Source: Macrostomum lignano
Lineage: Eukaryota
Length of the DNA: 64,000 nt
Reading direction: 5' to 3'
NCBI GenBank assembly: GCA_002269645.1
Contig: NIVC01001740.1
Location: 124,001 to 188,000 of the forward strand
This document shows, piece by piece, positions 38,501 to 50,960 of this stretch. The translations under genes were made by a program, and so were the position numbers. Every line of letters begins with the position of its first letter. Positions within the stretch are counted from its first letter, which is position 1. Below the pieces are notes generated by a model that saw only the letters and a program-made list of their open reading frames with translations, was not told the DNA's origin and searched no databases.

Positions 38501-38891
38501 GGCTGATAAAAGTGGCCGATCATTTGCTATTGGAGATTGCGCTTCGATAGTTGACGGTCCGCTGCCGTGCACGGCTCAGGTGGCTGAGAGGCAGGGGCGC
38601 TACCTGGCTAATCGGCTCAATCAGGATCGAACTGGGCCTCTGTCAGAATCTAGCAGCGGCGCTCAACTCCAAGATGAACCGTTTCGTTTTGCTGGCCGCG
38701 GCATGCTGGCTTATATTGGCGAGTTTAAAGCTCTGACTGACACGCCCGGCGTGAAACTGCACGGATTCACATCTTGGCTGCTGTGGCGGTCGGCCTATCT
38801 GACTAGGCTGGGCAGCTGGCGGCTCCGGCTGCAGGTGCCCGTGGACTGGACTAAAGCGCTGCTCTTTGGCAGGGACACCTCCATGTTCTAG
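35520..38891 (+). CDS. Type II (alternative, rotenone-insensitive) NADH:ubiquinone oxidoreductase NDH-2, Ndi1/NDA-like; exons 35520-36020, 37114-37472, 38369-38891
   Basis: First Rossmann motif LVILGTGWGS, SPRNHFLFTPLL, GTLEFRSIIEP, YDRLIIGVGA, FLK|EVSDA, second Rossmann motif IVGGGPTGVEF, VWSTG, AIGD, AQVAERQG, GMLAYIG, LLWRSAYL. Phases 0 and 2 are compatible; 1383 nt = 460 aa; Arg/Ser/Leu-rich presequence. Confidence 0.95.
36195..37040. repeat. 34-bp minisatellite (gatgtccggtagtccctagtttgggattcttaaa)n in NDH-2 intron 1
   Basis: About 24 tandem units. Confidence 0.95.
37504..37870. repeat. 31-bp minisatellite (aaaagtcacgtgaccattcgtcttagatcat)n in NDH-2 intron 2
   Basis: About 12 units, most carrying the palindrome GTCACGTGAC. 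Confidence 0.92.
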
Positions 38892-38892
38892 G

Positions 38893-39730
38893 GGGTTGAG
38901 GGAGATTAGAGAGGGTTGAGGGAGATTAGAGAGGGTTGACGGAGATAGGAGAGAGTTGAGGGAGATTAGAGAGTGTTGAGGGAGATAGGAGAGAGTTGTG
39001 GGAGATAGGAGAGAGTTGAGGGAGATTAGAGGCGATTCAAGAAGATTAGAGAGAGTTGAGGGAAATAAGAGAGAGTTGAGGGAGATTAGAGGTGATTCAA
39101 GAAGATTAGAGAGAGTTGAGCTGGAAATAAGAGAGAGTTGAGGGAGATTAGAGGCGATTCAAGAAGATTAGAGAGAGTTGAGGGAAATAAGAGAGAGTTG
39201 AGGGAGATTAGAGGCGATTCAAGAAGATTAGAGAGAGTTGAGGGAAATAAGAGAGAGTTGAGGGAGATTAGAGGCGATTCAAGAAGATTAGAGTTGAGCT
39301 GGAAATAAGAGAGAGTTGAGGGAGATTAGAGGCGATTCAAGAAGATTAGAGAGAGTTGAGGGAAATAAGAGAGAGTTGAGGGAGATTAGAGGCGATTCAA
39401 GAAGATTAGAGAGAGTTGAGGGAAATACGAGAGAGTTAAGGGAGATTAGAGGCGATTCAAGAAGATTAGAGAGAGTTGAGGGAAATAAGAGAGAGTTAAG
39501 GGAGATTAGAGAGAGTTGAGAGAGTTGAGAGAGATTATAGGATTGAGGAAGATTAGAGGATTGAGGGAGATTAAAGGATTGAGGGAGATTAGAAGATTGA
39601 GAGAGAATAGAAGATTGAGAGAGATTAGAGGATTGAGGGAGATTAGATAGAGCTGAGAGGTTTAGAGATGGTTGATGGAGATTAAAGAGAGTTAAGAGAG
39701 ATTACAGAGACGAGGGAGATTAGAGAGGGT
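38893..39730. repeat. Purine-rich gagagttgagggagatta repeat starting at the NDH-2 stop
   Basis: Tandem units with an internal ~60-bp higher-order repeat. Confidence 0.9.
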
Positions 39731-40703
39731 TGAAAGCTTGAATTATGGAACAGCTGCTCAAATGGTTTTAGCTACGAGTACTCGTATTTTTACAGGTTAG
39801 TCTAACTATTGTGTAGCTGTAGAGAAGTTTAAAAATAGCTGTTTGTAGTGTTGAAAGTGTTTTATCATTAGCTTGCACAGAACTAAAGATTAGATTAATT
39901 GCTCTTGATGAACTTACATTGTATTTTATTACTGTTTTATAACAATTATACTCCTATATACTTCATATGATATTATTTATGCTATTCCATGGTTCCTATT
40001 TGGCACCCTGTTTTTATGATTAGTGGGATATTGGGATAATTATTAGGATTTCGTTCAAAACTGTCAATCAATTTTCAAATTTGAGGGTAATCTGCAACAT
40101 GGAGTCTGCAGACTTCTGCAATTTGTGTGAAAAGTAAAGTCATTCTAAAACACTATTGATATGTACACCCTGAAGTCTGTCTGACCCTTGGTCTGGGGGG
40201 GGGGGGCTGAGTGGGTGAGCGGCACAAACAAACCAGAAAAAGCAGACAAACTCCATATGCTTACAGTTTCCGTTCTGATTGAGTTACAAAGTTGAGACTT
40301 TATATTTGGACAGAGAATGAGTCCATAAAGAATTGTGTCAAGTTTAAAGTCAATCGCATCATGTGGCAGGATTTTGGGGTGGTTATCTGGCTGAAAACAA
40401 GTGACGAGGGCGACGCAAGTGGCTCTGGGACCCTTCTTGGCCCAGGTACCGTTTTCAGGGCTATAATTGACGTTATACAAATGTATAGCAAAATCTGACT
40501 GTAATTTGCGCTCAGTATGCCTAATAGTAATAAGTAGGCTAAAGAATGGAATAGAACCTCTTCTGCATTGTACAGATAGCAAGTGTGCTAAAAGCACAGC
40601 AGAATGTTCTACTCTGAATATGTTAAGTACATAGTACATAATGCCACTGCAAATAAATTTCAGTACTGGATTAAAACAAAACCAAACTGTAGCAACAAAA
40701 ATC

Positions 40704-41144
40704 ATGGTGAGCCGTCTGCGCGACCTGGACATCTACGGCAACGAACTGGCCGACCGCGCCTACGTCCTTGAGCCGGCGCCGGCCTCGCCGCTGGAGCCGC
40801 TGGTGTCGCCGGCCAGGCAGGCTGTGGAATCAGCCGTGGACACGACCGCCATCTCGGCCGCTTGGCAGCGGGGCCAGGCGGTTGCCGCCACCGGCTCCGC
40901 GCACAGCTGGGAGACCTGGGAGCGAGTCCGGGCGGATCCCGGCCTGGTTGCCAGGGCCGCTCTGGTCGGTCTGTGCGGCCTCGGCGGCGTCGTGGCCGGC
41001 TATCGAGGCGGCGGCCTGCGGCGACTCGCCTACGGAGCGCTGGGCCTGACGGCCGGGGCCGGGCTGTGCTACCCCGCCGAGCTGGCCGACGCCTCTGTCC
41101 GAGGGTTCGATTTTGTTCGCGAGAGAAGCACCGGCGGGAAATAA
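40704..41144 (+). CDS. MICOS complex subunit MIC26/MIC27 (apolipoprotein O family), single exon
   Basis: ATG in aaaatcATGG context; 146 aa; N-terminal LDIY; two hydrophobic helices linked by a basic loop (AALVGLCGLGGVVAGYRGGGLRRLAYGALGLTAGAGLCYP), matching the APOO/APOOL G-x-x-K-K...x-CYP pattern. Confidence 0.8.
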   Translation: MVSRLRDLDIYGNELADRAYVLEPAPASPLEPLVSPARQAVESAVDTTAISAAWQRGQAVAATGSAHSWETWERVRADPGLVARAALVGLCGLGGVVAGYRGGGLRRLAYGALGLTAGAGLCYPAELADASVRGFDFVRERSTGGK

Positions 41145-42328
41145 ACCAGTTAGTTTTTGTGTAATTCGCCGATATGTATCGAAAATTGTTTTTTTAATAG
41201 GCTTTTTGGTTTAGTAAGTTTTTAGCGATCGAAAAATATGTCGAATTTTGACGATATGTATCGAAACCTGTGTTATCTAGTAGGCTTTTTGATTTAGTAA
41301 TCTATTAACAATCGAAAAGTCTAATTCAAATTTTGACGATATGTATCGAAACAATTTTTTAAAGATGAATTTTAGGCTTTAGTATGTAGATTTCTTGATA
41401 CACCCTTAAGTCATACAACATTTAATATTTTATTAGGCTGACGGCAGTGATTTGGGGGGAATCTTTTGACCTAAGGTTTTTTAGCTTCAAAATCTATACC
41501 GATATGTATCGAAAAATTACTTTGTAAATTCTGGTTTGTGGGCTATGATTATATTTTGGATAATATTGTAGGCTTCCTATCAGTAAAAATTCAAGTAGTT
41601 CGAATTTGCTTTCGGGCTCATGTAATGCCGGTCATTCTGTTAACGGTAATTTAATTATTATCGGGCGATATGTATCGAAAATGAGTAATTATTAGAAATT
41701 TCCACTTAGCTGGTGTAGTGCCTGAATACATTTTGTTTTAAATTGAAGAAACTTCTTTCACAATTAACAAATAGAATCGTATAATAAATATGTGTGAACG
41801 TGTTGTTATAGTGTATTAATAAACAATAGTAGACATTGTTTTAAATTTCATTCATTCTTTCGATACTCTGTGAATTAGAGATTGTTTATTTAAAATTTCA
41901 AAAATTAAAAAAAATCTTTAGCATAAAGATTGGCGTCCTGAAAAGGGTCGTTTTAACGACTGATAACTTATTATATAGATTAATATTGGATTATGGATAA
42001 TGTGCTTCAAATATAAAAGAAGATATTTCTAAGTGGTTTTTAAAGAAATATTATTGGCCTCGGAGTATAGAAAGTTAACATACTTACTTGTACTACTTAT
42101 ATTGACTAATTGTCAGTAGCAGATGCGGAAAAAAACAAAATAAAACTGATTCTAAATTGAGAACATTTTTGATTTTTCAGGTGCATAGACAATACGAGAG
42201 AACTTGTGCATGCAAATCAGTACTTCAGCTGAATATAAAAACTAAAAATTCTCCAATTAGATTTCTATGAATTATGTACATGTAGCATCGGTATGGGGTT
42301 TTGTTTTTAATAAAATTCTGTAATTTTT

Positions 42329-43832
42329 TTATAGTTTTCGATCAGCGATTTGAGTCTTCACGATTGTCATTAGTCGTTTGAGTGCTGGAATTTATTGTAT
42401 ATTAAAGAAATGTGGTAGAGTTGCTCGCCTCATTAATAGTAAATAAATAAAGCTTAAAAATCAATATTGACTGCGAAAACCAACGCGTTTCAACCCACTA
42501 GCGCCGTCGTCAGGGTTTATTTTTGATCGATTAACCAAAAACTCAATATAAAGAGTATATTGAAGAAGTGTTTTTCATTATAATGTACGTGTAAATGCGT
42601 GTCAAATACAAGTTTATTTTATTTCTTTCTAACTATATGTACACATACTGTACATTACGGTCCTACTCATTACATGGGTGCACGCTCGTACACTACTGAA
42701 TATCGATCACCTTGAAGATCGATTCGACTGTCATTGTTGATATCGGCCTGTGTGATCATGCAGTCCATGTCTTGGTCGCAGACCGGCTCGCCAAGGAACT
42801 TCATGGTCCTCTTCGTCGGCGTCAATGTAGTTGTCTCCATTGCGGTCAAACACCTGTAGTTTTTACAGGTTTGGGTAAAAGGCTCACAATAAAGTACATA
42901 ATTTGTGACTGTGTACGTATCCGCGCGCTTGTGTGCCTGCTCAGGGGAGTCGGCGGAATGGGCATGTTAAAATGCATCTGGCCGGTTTCCGTGACAATAT
43001 GTCGCTTAAACCCTGCTTCTAATAAAATATCATGGGGCATAGCAAATGCTTTTTGTATGAAATTACCGGAGAATACATTGTACTAGTATAGGCATTCTGA
43101 AAATAAGGCCCTGCTGTCACACTGTGATACATGTATGCACGCAACTATCAGTGTCTAAACAGACTGTCAAGCTCACCTGAAACGCCTCCAAAGTCTCAGC
43201 AGCCTCATCAGCACGCATGGCAGCGGAAATCATTCGCCTATGATAGGCCAAGCATCATTTTGATGAAATTCTTCCAATTTCGCGGCTCCTGAGCCTGCGT
43301 GTGAGCATTTAAATACTCGAATATTTGGATTAAAAAACTTCTGTTTTTTACTCTTGGTAGCATAATTAAAAATGTTTCTTGTGTTTCATCATAAGAACAA
43401 TATTTTTGCCAACAAATCATCAGCTTGGGTCCCAGTATAACAGATGGGACGGTTATTTATTGTTTGTCTACTGAAGTACTGTGTGGTTATAATTGATCTG
43501 CACCTCACGTTCTTTGAATGTACGAGTATTGTGCATGTTTATGCAGACTTAATTAGTACATAGTACATGTACACGTAAATTAGTTCCCTTACCGAAAGTC
43601 ATTAAATACATGTAATTGCAAGTACATTTCTAGAGCTCCTGCAGCAGTAAAATGAGATTTTTACACCAGAGCGGCACCAGTACCAAGGGGTGCCAGCATC
43701 AGAATTCCAAACGGCTCACGATTTTCATCGAATATTCCTCCAACATCAGCCGCGCCTGCTCTCTGCTGACTCCATCGCCGGGGAACGTCAGCACCTGCCG
43801 AAGCTCGTCACTGCCGATTCGAACACCAGCAC
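42329..43832 (-). pseudogene. Calmodulin-like EF-hand gene with frameshifts (pseudogene or consensus errors); exons about 43832-43690, 43237-43177, 42853-42711, 42384-42329
   Basis: Reads RIGSDELRQVLTF..EQARLMLEE / RMISAAMRADEAAETLEAFQ|VFDRNGDNYIDADE-fs-RTMKFLGEPVCDQDMDCMITQADINNDSRIDLQ|ALKRLM; the 143-nt exon violates the required phase; further indels near 43720. Confidence 0.75.
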
Positions 43833-46215
43833 CTGACACTAATAAACCAGCACCTGACACTAATAAACCAGCACCTGACACACTAATAAACCAGCACCTG
43901 ACACTAATAAACCAGCACCTGACACTAATAAACCAGCACCTGACACACTCATAAACCAGCATCTGACACACTAATAAACCAGCACCTGACACTAATAAAC
44001 CAGCACCTGACACACTAATAAACCAGCACCTGACACACTCATAAACCAGCATCTGACACACTAATAAACCAGCACCTGACACTAATAAACCAGCACCTGA
44101 CACACTCATAAACCAGCATCTGACACACTAATATACCAGCACCTGACACTAATAAACCAGGACCTGACACACTAGTAAACCAGCAACTGACACACTCATA
44201 AACCAGCATCTGACACACTAATAAACCAGCACCTGACACACTACTAAACCAGCAACTGACACACTCATAAACCAGCATCTGACACACTAATAAACCAGCA
44301 CCTGACACTAATAAACCAGCACCTGACACACTCATAAACCAGCATCTGACACACTAATAAACCAGCATTTGACACACTAATAAACCAGCATCTGACACAC
44401 TGATAAACCTGCACCTGACACACTAATAAACCAGCATCTAACACACTAATAAACCAGCACCTGACACACTAATAAACCAGCATTTGACACACTAATAAAC
44501 CAGCATCTGACACACTAATAAACCAGCACCTGACACACTAATAAACCAGCATCTGACACACTAATAAACCTGCACCTGACACACTAATAAACCAGCACCT
44601 GACACACTAATAAACCAGCATTTGACACACTAATAAACCAGCATCTGACACACTAATAAACCAGCACCTGACACACTAATAAACCAGCACCTGACACACT
44701 AATAAACCAGCACCTGACACACTAATAAACCAGCACCTGACACACTAATAAACCAGCATTTGACACACTAATAAACCAGCATCTGACACACTAATAAACT
44801 AGCACCTGACACACTAATAAACTAGCATCTGACACACTAATAAACTAGCACCTGACACACTAATAAACCAGCAACTGACACACTCATAAACCAGCATCTA
44901 ACACACTAATAAACCAGCACCTGACACTAATAAACCAGCACCTGACACACTCATAAACCAGCATCTGACACACTAATAAACCAGCATTTGACACACTAAT
45001 AAACCAGCATCTGACACACTGATAAACCTGCACCTGACACACTAATAAACCAGCATCTAACACACTAATAAACCAGCACCTGACACACTAATAAACCAGC
45101 ATTTGACACACTAATAAACCAGCATCTGACACACTAATAAACCAGCACCTGACACACTAATAAACCAGCATCTGACACACTAATAAACCTGCACCTGACA
45201 CACTAATAAACCAGCACCTGACACACTAATAAACCAGCATTTGACACACTAATAAACCAGCATCTGACACACTAATAAACCAGCACCTGACACACTAATA
45301 AACCAGCACCTGACACACTAATAAACCAGCACCTGACACACTAATAAACCAGCACCTGACACACTAATAAACCAGCATTTGACACACTAATAAACCAGCA
45401 TCTGACACACTAATAAACCTGCACCTGACACACTAATAAACCAGCACCTGACACACTAATAAACCAGCACCTGACACACTAATAAACCAGCATTTGACAC
45501 ACTAATAAACCAGTATCTGACACACTAATAAACCAGTATCTGACACACTAATAAACCAGCGTCTGACACACTAATAAACCAGCACCTGACACACTAATAA
45601 ACCAGCATCTGACACACTAATAAACCAGCATCTGACACACTAATAAACCAGCTCCTAATACACTAATAAACCAGCATCTGACACACTAATAAACCAGCAT
45701 CTGACACACTAATAAACCAGCACCTGACACACTAATAAACCAGCACCTGACACACTAATAAACTAGCACCTGACACACGAATAAACCAGCACCTGACACA
45801 CGAATAAACCAGCACCTGACACACTAATAAACCAGCATCCGACACACTAATAAACCAGCACCTGACACACTAATAAACCAGCATCCGACACACTAATAAA
45901 CCAGCGTCTGACACACTAATAAACCAGCATTTGACACACGAATAAACCAGCACCTGACACACTAATAAACCAGTATCTGACACACTAATAAACCAGCATC
46001 CGACACACTAATAAACCAGCGTCTGACACACTAATAAACCAGCATTTGACACACTAATAAACCAGCGTCTGACACACTAATAAACCAGTATCTGACACAC
46101 TAATAAACCAGTATCTGACACACTAATAAACCAGCGTCTGACACACTAATAAACCAGTATCTGACACACTAATAAACCAGTATCTGACACACTAATAAAC
46201 CAGCGTCTGACACAC
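43825..46215. repeat. 23-bp minisatellite (ccagcacctgacacactaataaa)n
   Basis: About 100 tandem units with 21-bp variants. Confidence 0.97.
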
Positions 46216-46589
46216 AAACTAGATCCAAACAAACCAGCAAATGCTACAATGATTTCAACCATTACTAAACTTACTTTTCAACCGGTGTTCTGTGGAATCT
46301 CCGTGGCAAAAGCTGCGGTTTCCTTCAAAGTAGACGCTGATTTATATTCTGCAACAGCGGAAGCCCTCCAAAAAGCCTCTGACCGCTTTTTGCTACTGCG
46401 CCTGCGCTGTTTCGACTGCTGAAAACTCGTTTCAAGCGTGTAGTGATTCGCTCATTAGTGACGCCGCCAACTTCTTCTCCATCTCCAGTCAGTGTCGAAC
46501 ATAAAGGTGAAAAAATCTCCATGCCAGCTTCAATAAATGTTCTGGTGCAGTCTGACACTTTCAGATGAAGCCTTAAGGTCTTAGCATGG

Positions 46590-49500
46590 TAAGGATGGTG
46601 ATAGCTGAGGATGCTGGATGGTGATAGCTGAGGATGCTTGATGGTGATAGCTGAGGATGCTGGATGGTGATAGCTGAGGATGTTTGATGGTGATAGCTGA
46701 GGATGCTTGATGGTGATAGCTGAGGATGCTTGATGGTGATAGCTGAGGATGCTGGATGGTGATAGCTGAGGATGCTTGATGGTGATAGCTGAGGATGCTT
46801 GATGGTGATAGCTGAGGATGCTTGATGGTGATAGCTGAGGATGCTTGATGGTGATAGCTGAGGATGCTTGATGGTGATAGCTGAGGATGCTTGATGGTGA
46901 TAGCTGAGGATACTTGATGGTGATAGCTGAGGATGCTTGATGGTGATAGCTGAGGATGCTTGATGGTGATAGCTGAGGATGCTTGACGGTGATAGCTGAG
47001 GATGCTTGATGGTGATAGCTGAGGATGCTTGATGGTGATAGCTGAGGATGCTGGATGTTGATAGCTGAGGATGCTGGATGGTGATAGCTGAGGATACTTG
47101 ATGGTGATAGCTGAGGATGCTTGATGGTGATAGCTGAGGATGCTTGACGGTGATAGCTGAGGATGCTTGATGGTGATAGCTGAGGATGCTTGATGGTGAT
47201 AGCTGAGGATGCTTGATGGTGATAGCTGAGGATGCTTGATGGTGATAGCTGAGGATGCTGGATGGTGATAGCTGAGGATGCTTGATGGTGATAGCTGAGG
47301 ATGCTTGATGGTGATAGCTGAGGATGCTGGATGTTGATAGCTGAGGATGCTGGATGGTGATAGCTGAGGATGCTTGATGGTGATAGCTGAGGATGCTTGA
47401 TGGTGATAGCTGAGGATGCTTGACGGTGATAGCTGAGGATGCTGGATGTTGATAGCTGAGGATGCTGGATGGTGATAGCTGAGGATGCTTGATGGTGATA
47501 GCTGAGGATGCTGGATGGTGATAGCTGAGGATGCTTGATGTTGATAGCTGAGGATGCTTGATGGTGATAGCTGATGATGCTGGATGGTGATAGCTGAGGA
47601 TGCTTGATGGTGATAGCTGAGGATGCTTGATGGTGATAGCTGAGGATGCTTGATGGTGATAGCTGAGGATGCTTGATGGTGATAGCTGAGGATGCTTGAT
47701 GGTGATAGCTGAGGATGCTTGATGGTGATAGCTGAGGATGCTTGATGGTGATAGCTGAGGATGCTTGATGGTGATAGCTGAGGATGCTTGATGGTGATAG
47801 CTGAGGATGCTGGATGGTGATAGCTGAGGATGCTTGATGGTGATAGCTGAGGATGCTTGATGGTGATAGCTGAGGATGCTGGATGGTGATAGCTGAGGAT
47901 GCTTGATGGTGATAGCTGAGAATGCTGGATGGTGATAGCTGAGGATGCTTGATGGTGATAGCTGAGGATGCTTGATGGTGATAGCTGAGGATGCTGGATG
48001 GTGATAGCTGAGGATACTTGATGTTGATAGCTGAGGATGCTTGATGGTGATAGCTGAGGATGCTTGATGGTGATAGCTGAGGATGCTTGATGGTGATAGC
48101 TGAGGATGCTTGACGGTGATAGCTGAGGATGCTGGATGTTGATAGCTGAGGATGCTGGATGGTGATAGCTGAGGATGCTTGATGGTGATAGCTGAGGATG
48201 CTGGATGGTGATAGCTGAGGATGCTTGATGTTGATAGCTGAGGATGCTTGATGGTGATAGCTGAGGATGCTGGATGGTGATAGCTGAGGATGCTTGATGG
48301 TGATAGCTGAGGATGCTTGATGGTGATAGCTGAGGATGCTTGATGGTGATAGCTGAGGATGCTTGATGGTGATAGCTGAGGATGCTTGATGGTGATAGCT
48401 GAGGATGCTTGATGGTGATAGCTGAGGATGCTTGATGGTGATAGCTGAGGATGCTGGATGGTGATAGCTGAGGATGCTTGATGGTGATAGCTGAGGATGC
48501 TTGATGGTGATAGCTGAGGATGCTTGATGGTGATAGCTGAGGATGCTGGATGGTGATAGCTGAGGATGCTTGATGGTGATAGCTGAGGATGCTTGATGGT
48601 GATAGCTGAGGATGCTTGATGGTGATAGCTGAGGATGCTATCACCAGCTGGATGGTGATAGGATGGTGATAGGATGCTTGATGGTGATAGCCGAGGATGC
48701 TGGATGGTGATAGCCGAGAATGCTGGATGTTGATAGCTGAGGATGCTTGATGGTGATAGCTGAGGATGCTTGATGGTGATAGCTGAGGATGCTTGATGTT
48801 GATAGCTGAGGATGCTTGATGGTGATAGCTGAGGATGCTGGATGGTGTTTGAGGATGCTTGATGGTGATAGCTGAGGATGCTTGATGGTGATAGCTGAGG
48901 ATGCTTGATGGTGATAGCTGAGAATGCTGGATAGTGATAGCTGAGGATGCTGGATGGTGATAGCCGAGAATGCTGGATGGTGATAGCTGAGGATGCTTGA
49001 TGGTGATAGCTGAGGATGCTGGATGGTGATAGCCGAGAATGCTGGATGGTGATAGCTGAGGATGCTGGATGGTGATAGCTGAGGATGGTGGATGGTGATA
49101 GCTGAGGATGCTTGATGGTGATAGCTGAGGATGCTTGATGTTGATAGCTGAGGATGCTTGATGGTGATAGCTGAGGATGCTTGATGGTGATAGCTGAGGA
49201 TGCTTGATGTTGATAGCTGAGGATGCTTGATGGTGATAGCTGAGGATGCTGGATGGTGTTTGAGGATGCTTGATGGTGATAGCTGAGGATGCTTGATGGT
49301 GATAGCTGAGGATGCTTGATGGTGATAGCTGAGAATGCTGGATGGTGATAGCTGAGGATGCTGGATGGTGATAGCTGAGGATGCTTGATGGTGATAGCTG
49401 AGGATGTTTGATGGTGATAGCTGAGGATGCTTGATGGTGATAGCTGAGGATGCTTGATGGTGATAGCTGAGGATGCTGGATGGTGTTTGAGGATGCTTGA

Positions 49501-50960
49501 TGTTGATAGCTGAGGATGCTGGATGGTGTTTGAGGATGCTTGATGGTGATAGCTGAGGATGCTTGATGGTGTTTGAGGATGTTTGATGGTGATAGCTGAG
49601 GATGCTTGATGGTGATAGCTGAGGATGCTTGATGGTGATAGCTGAGGATGCTTGATGGTGATAGCTGAGGATGCTTGATGGTGATAGCTGAGGATGCTTG
49701 ATGGTGATAGCTGAGGATGCTTGATGGTGATAGCTGAGGATGCTATCACCAGCTGGATGGTGATAGGATGGTGATAGGATGCTTGATGGTGATAGCCGAG
49801 GATGCTGGATGGTGATAGCCGAGAATGCTGGATGTTGATAGCTGAGGATGCTTGATGGTGATAGCTGAGGATGCTTGATGGTGATAGCTGAGGATGCTTG
49901 ATGGTGATAGCTGAGGATGCTTGATGGTGATAGCTGAGGATGCTGGATGGTGTTTGAGGATGCTTGATGGTGATAGCTGAGGATGCTTGATGGTGATAGC
50001 TGAGGATGCTTGATGGTGATAGCTGAGAATGCTGGATGGTGATAGCTGAGGATGCTGGATGGTGATAGCCGAGAATGCTGGATGGTGATAGCTGAGGATG
50101 CTTGATGGTGATAGCTGAGGATGCTGGATGGTGATAGCCGAGAATGCTGGATGGTGATAGCTGAGGATGCTGGATGGTGATAGCTGAGGATGGTGGATGG
50201 TGATAGCTGAGGATGCTTGATGGTGATAGCTGAGGATGCTTGATGTTGATAGCTGAGGATGCTTGATGGTGATAGCTGAGGATGCTTGATGGTGATAGCT
50301 GAGGATGCTTGATGTTGATAGCTGAGGATGCTTGATGGTGATAGCTGAGGATGCTGGATGGTGTTTGAGGATGCTTGATGGTGATAGCTGAGGATGCTTG
50401 ATGGTGATAGCTGAGGATGCTTGATGGTGATAGCTGAGAATGCTGGATGGTGATAGCTGAGGATGCTGGATGGTGATAGCTGAGGATGCTTGATGGTGAT
50501 AGCTGAGGATGTTTGATGGTGATAGCTGAGGATGCTTGATGGTGATAGCTGAGGATGCTGGATGGTGATAGCTGAGGATGCTTGATGGTGATAGCTGAGG
50601 ATGCTTGATGGTGATAGCTGAGGATGCTGGATGGTGTTTGAGGATGCTTGATGTTGATAGCTGAGGATGCTGGATGGTGTTTGAGGATGCTTGATGGTGA
50701 TAGCTGAGGATGCTTGATGGTGTTTGAGGATGTTTGATGGTGATAGCTGAGGATGCTTGATGGTGATAGCTGAGGATGCTGGATGGTGATAGCTGAGGAT
50801 GCTTGATGGTGTTTGAGGATGTTTGATGGTGATAGCTGAGGAGGCTTGATGGTGATAGCTGAGGATGTTGGATGGTGATAGCTGAGGATGCTTGATGGTG
50901 TTTGAGGATGTTTGGTGATGATAGAGCTGTATGCTTTGATGGCGCCCAAGGATGCTTGAT
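46590..50960. repeat. 23-bp satellite (tgatagctgaggatgcttgatgg)n, array 1
   Basis: About 190 units; the 23-aa period (69 nt = 3 units) explains the 1458-aa and 687-aa ORFs. Confidence 0.97.

Noticed and set aside
35520-38891. NDH-2 as bacterial contamination or very recent horizontal transfer
   Set aside because: It has two GT-AG introns, a presequence and the same repeat-filled intron style as its neighbours; ancient transfer is not excluded.
46573-50949. 1458-aa and 687-aa His/Ser/Pro-rich ORFs (also 58463-60331)
   Set aside because: They are translations of a 23-bp satellite with no minus-strand stop in any frame; the unit is not a multiple of 3 and indels shift frames freely.
50938-50950. 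TGGCGCCCAA as a tRNA-Lys primer-binding site
   Set aside because: No adjacent LTR, and gatggcgcc is a known variant of the satellite unit.
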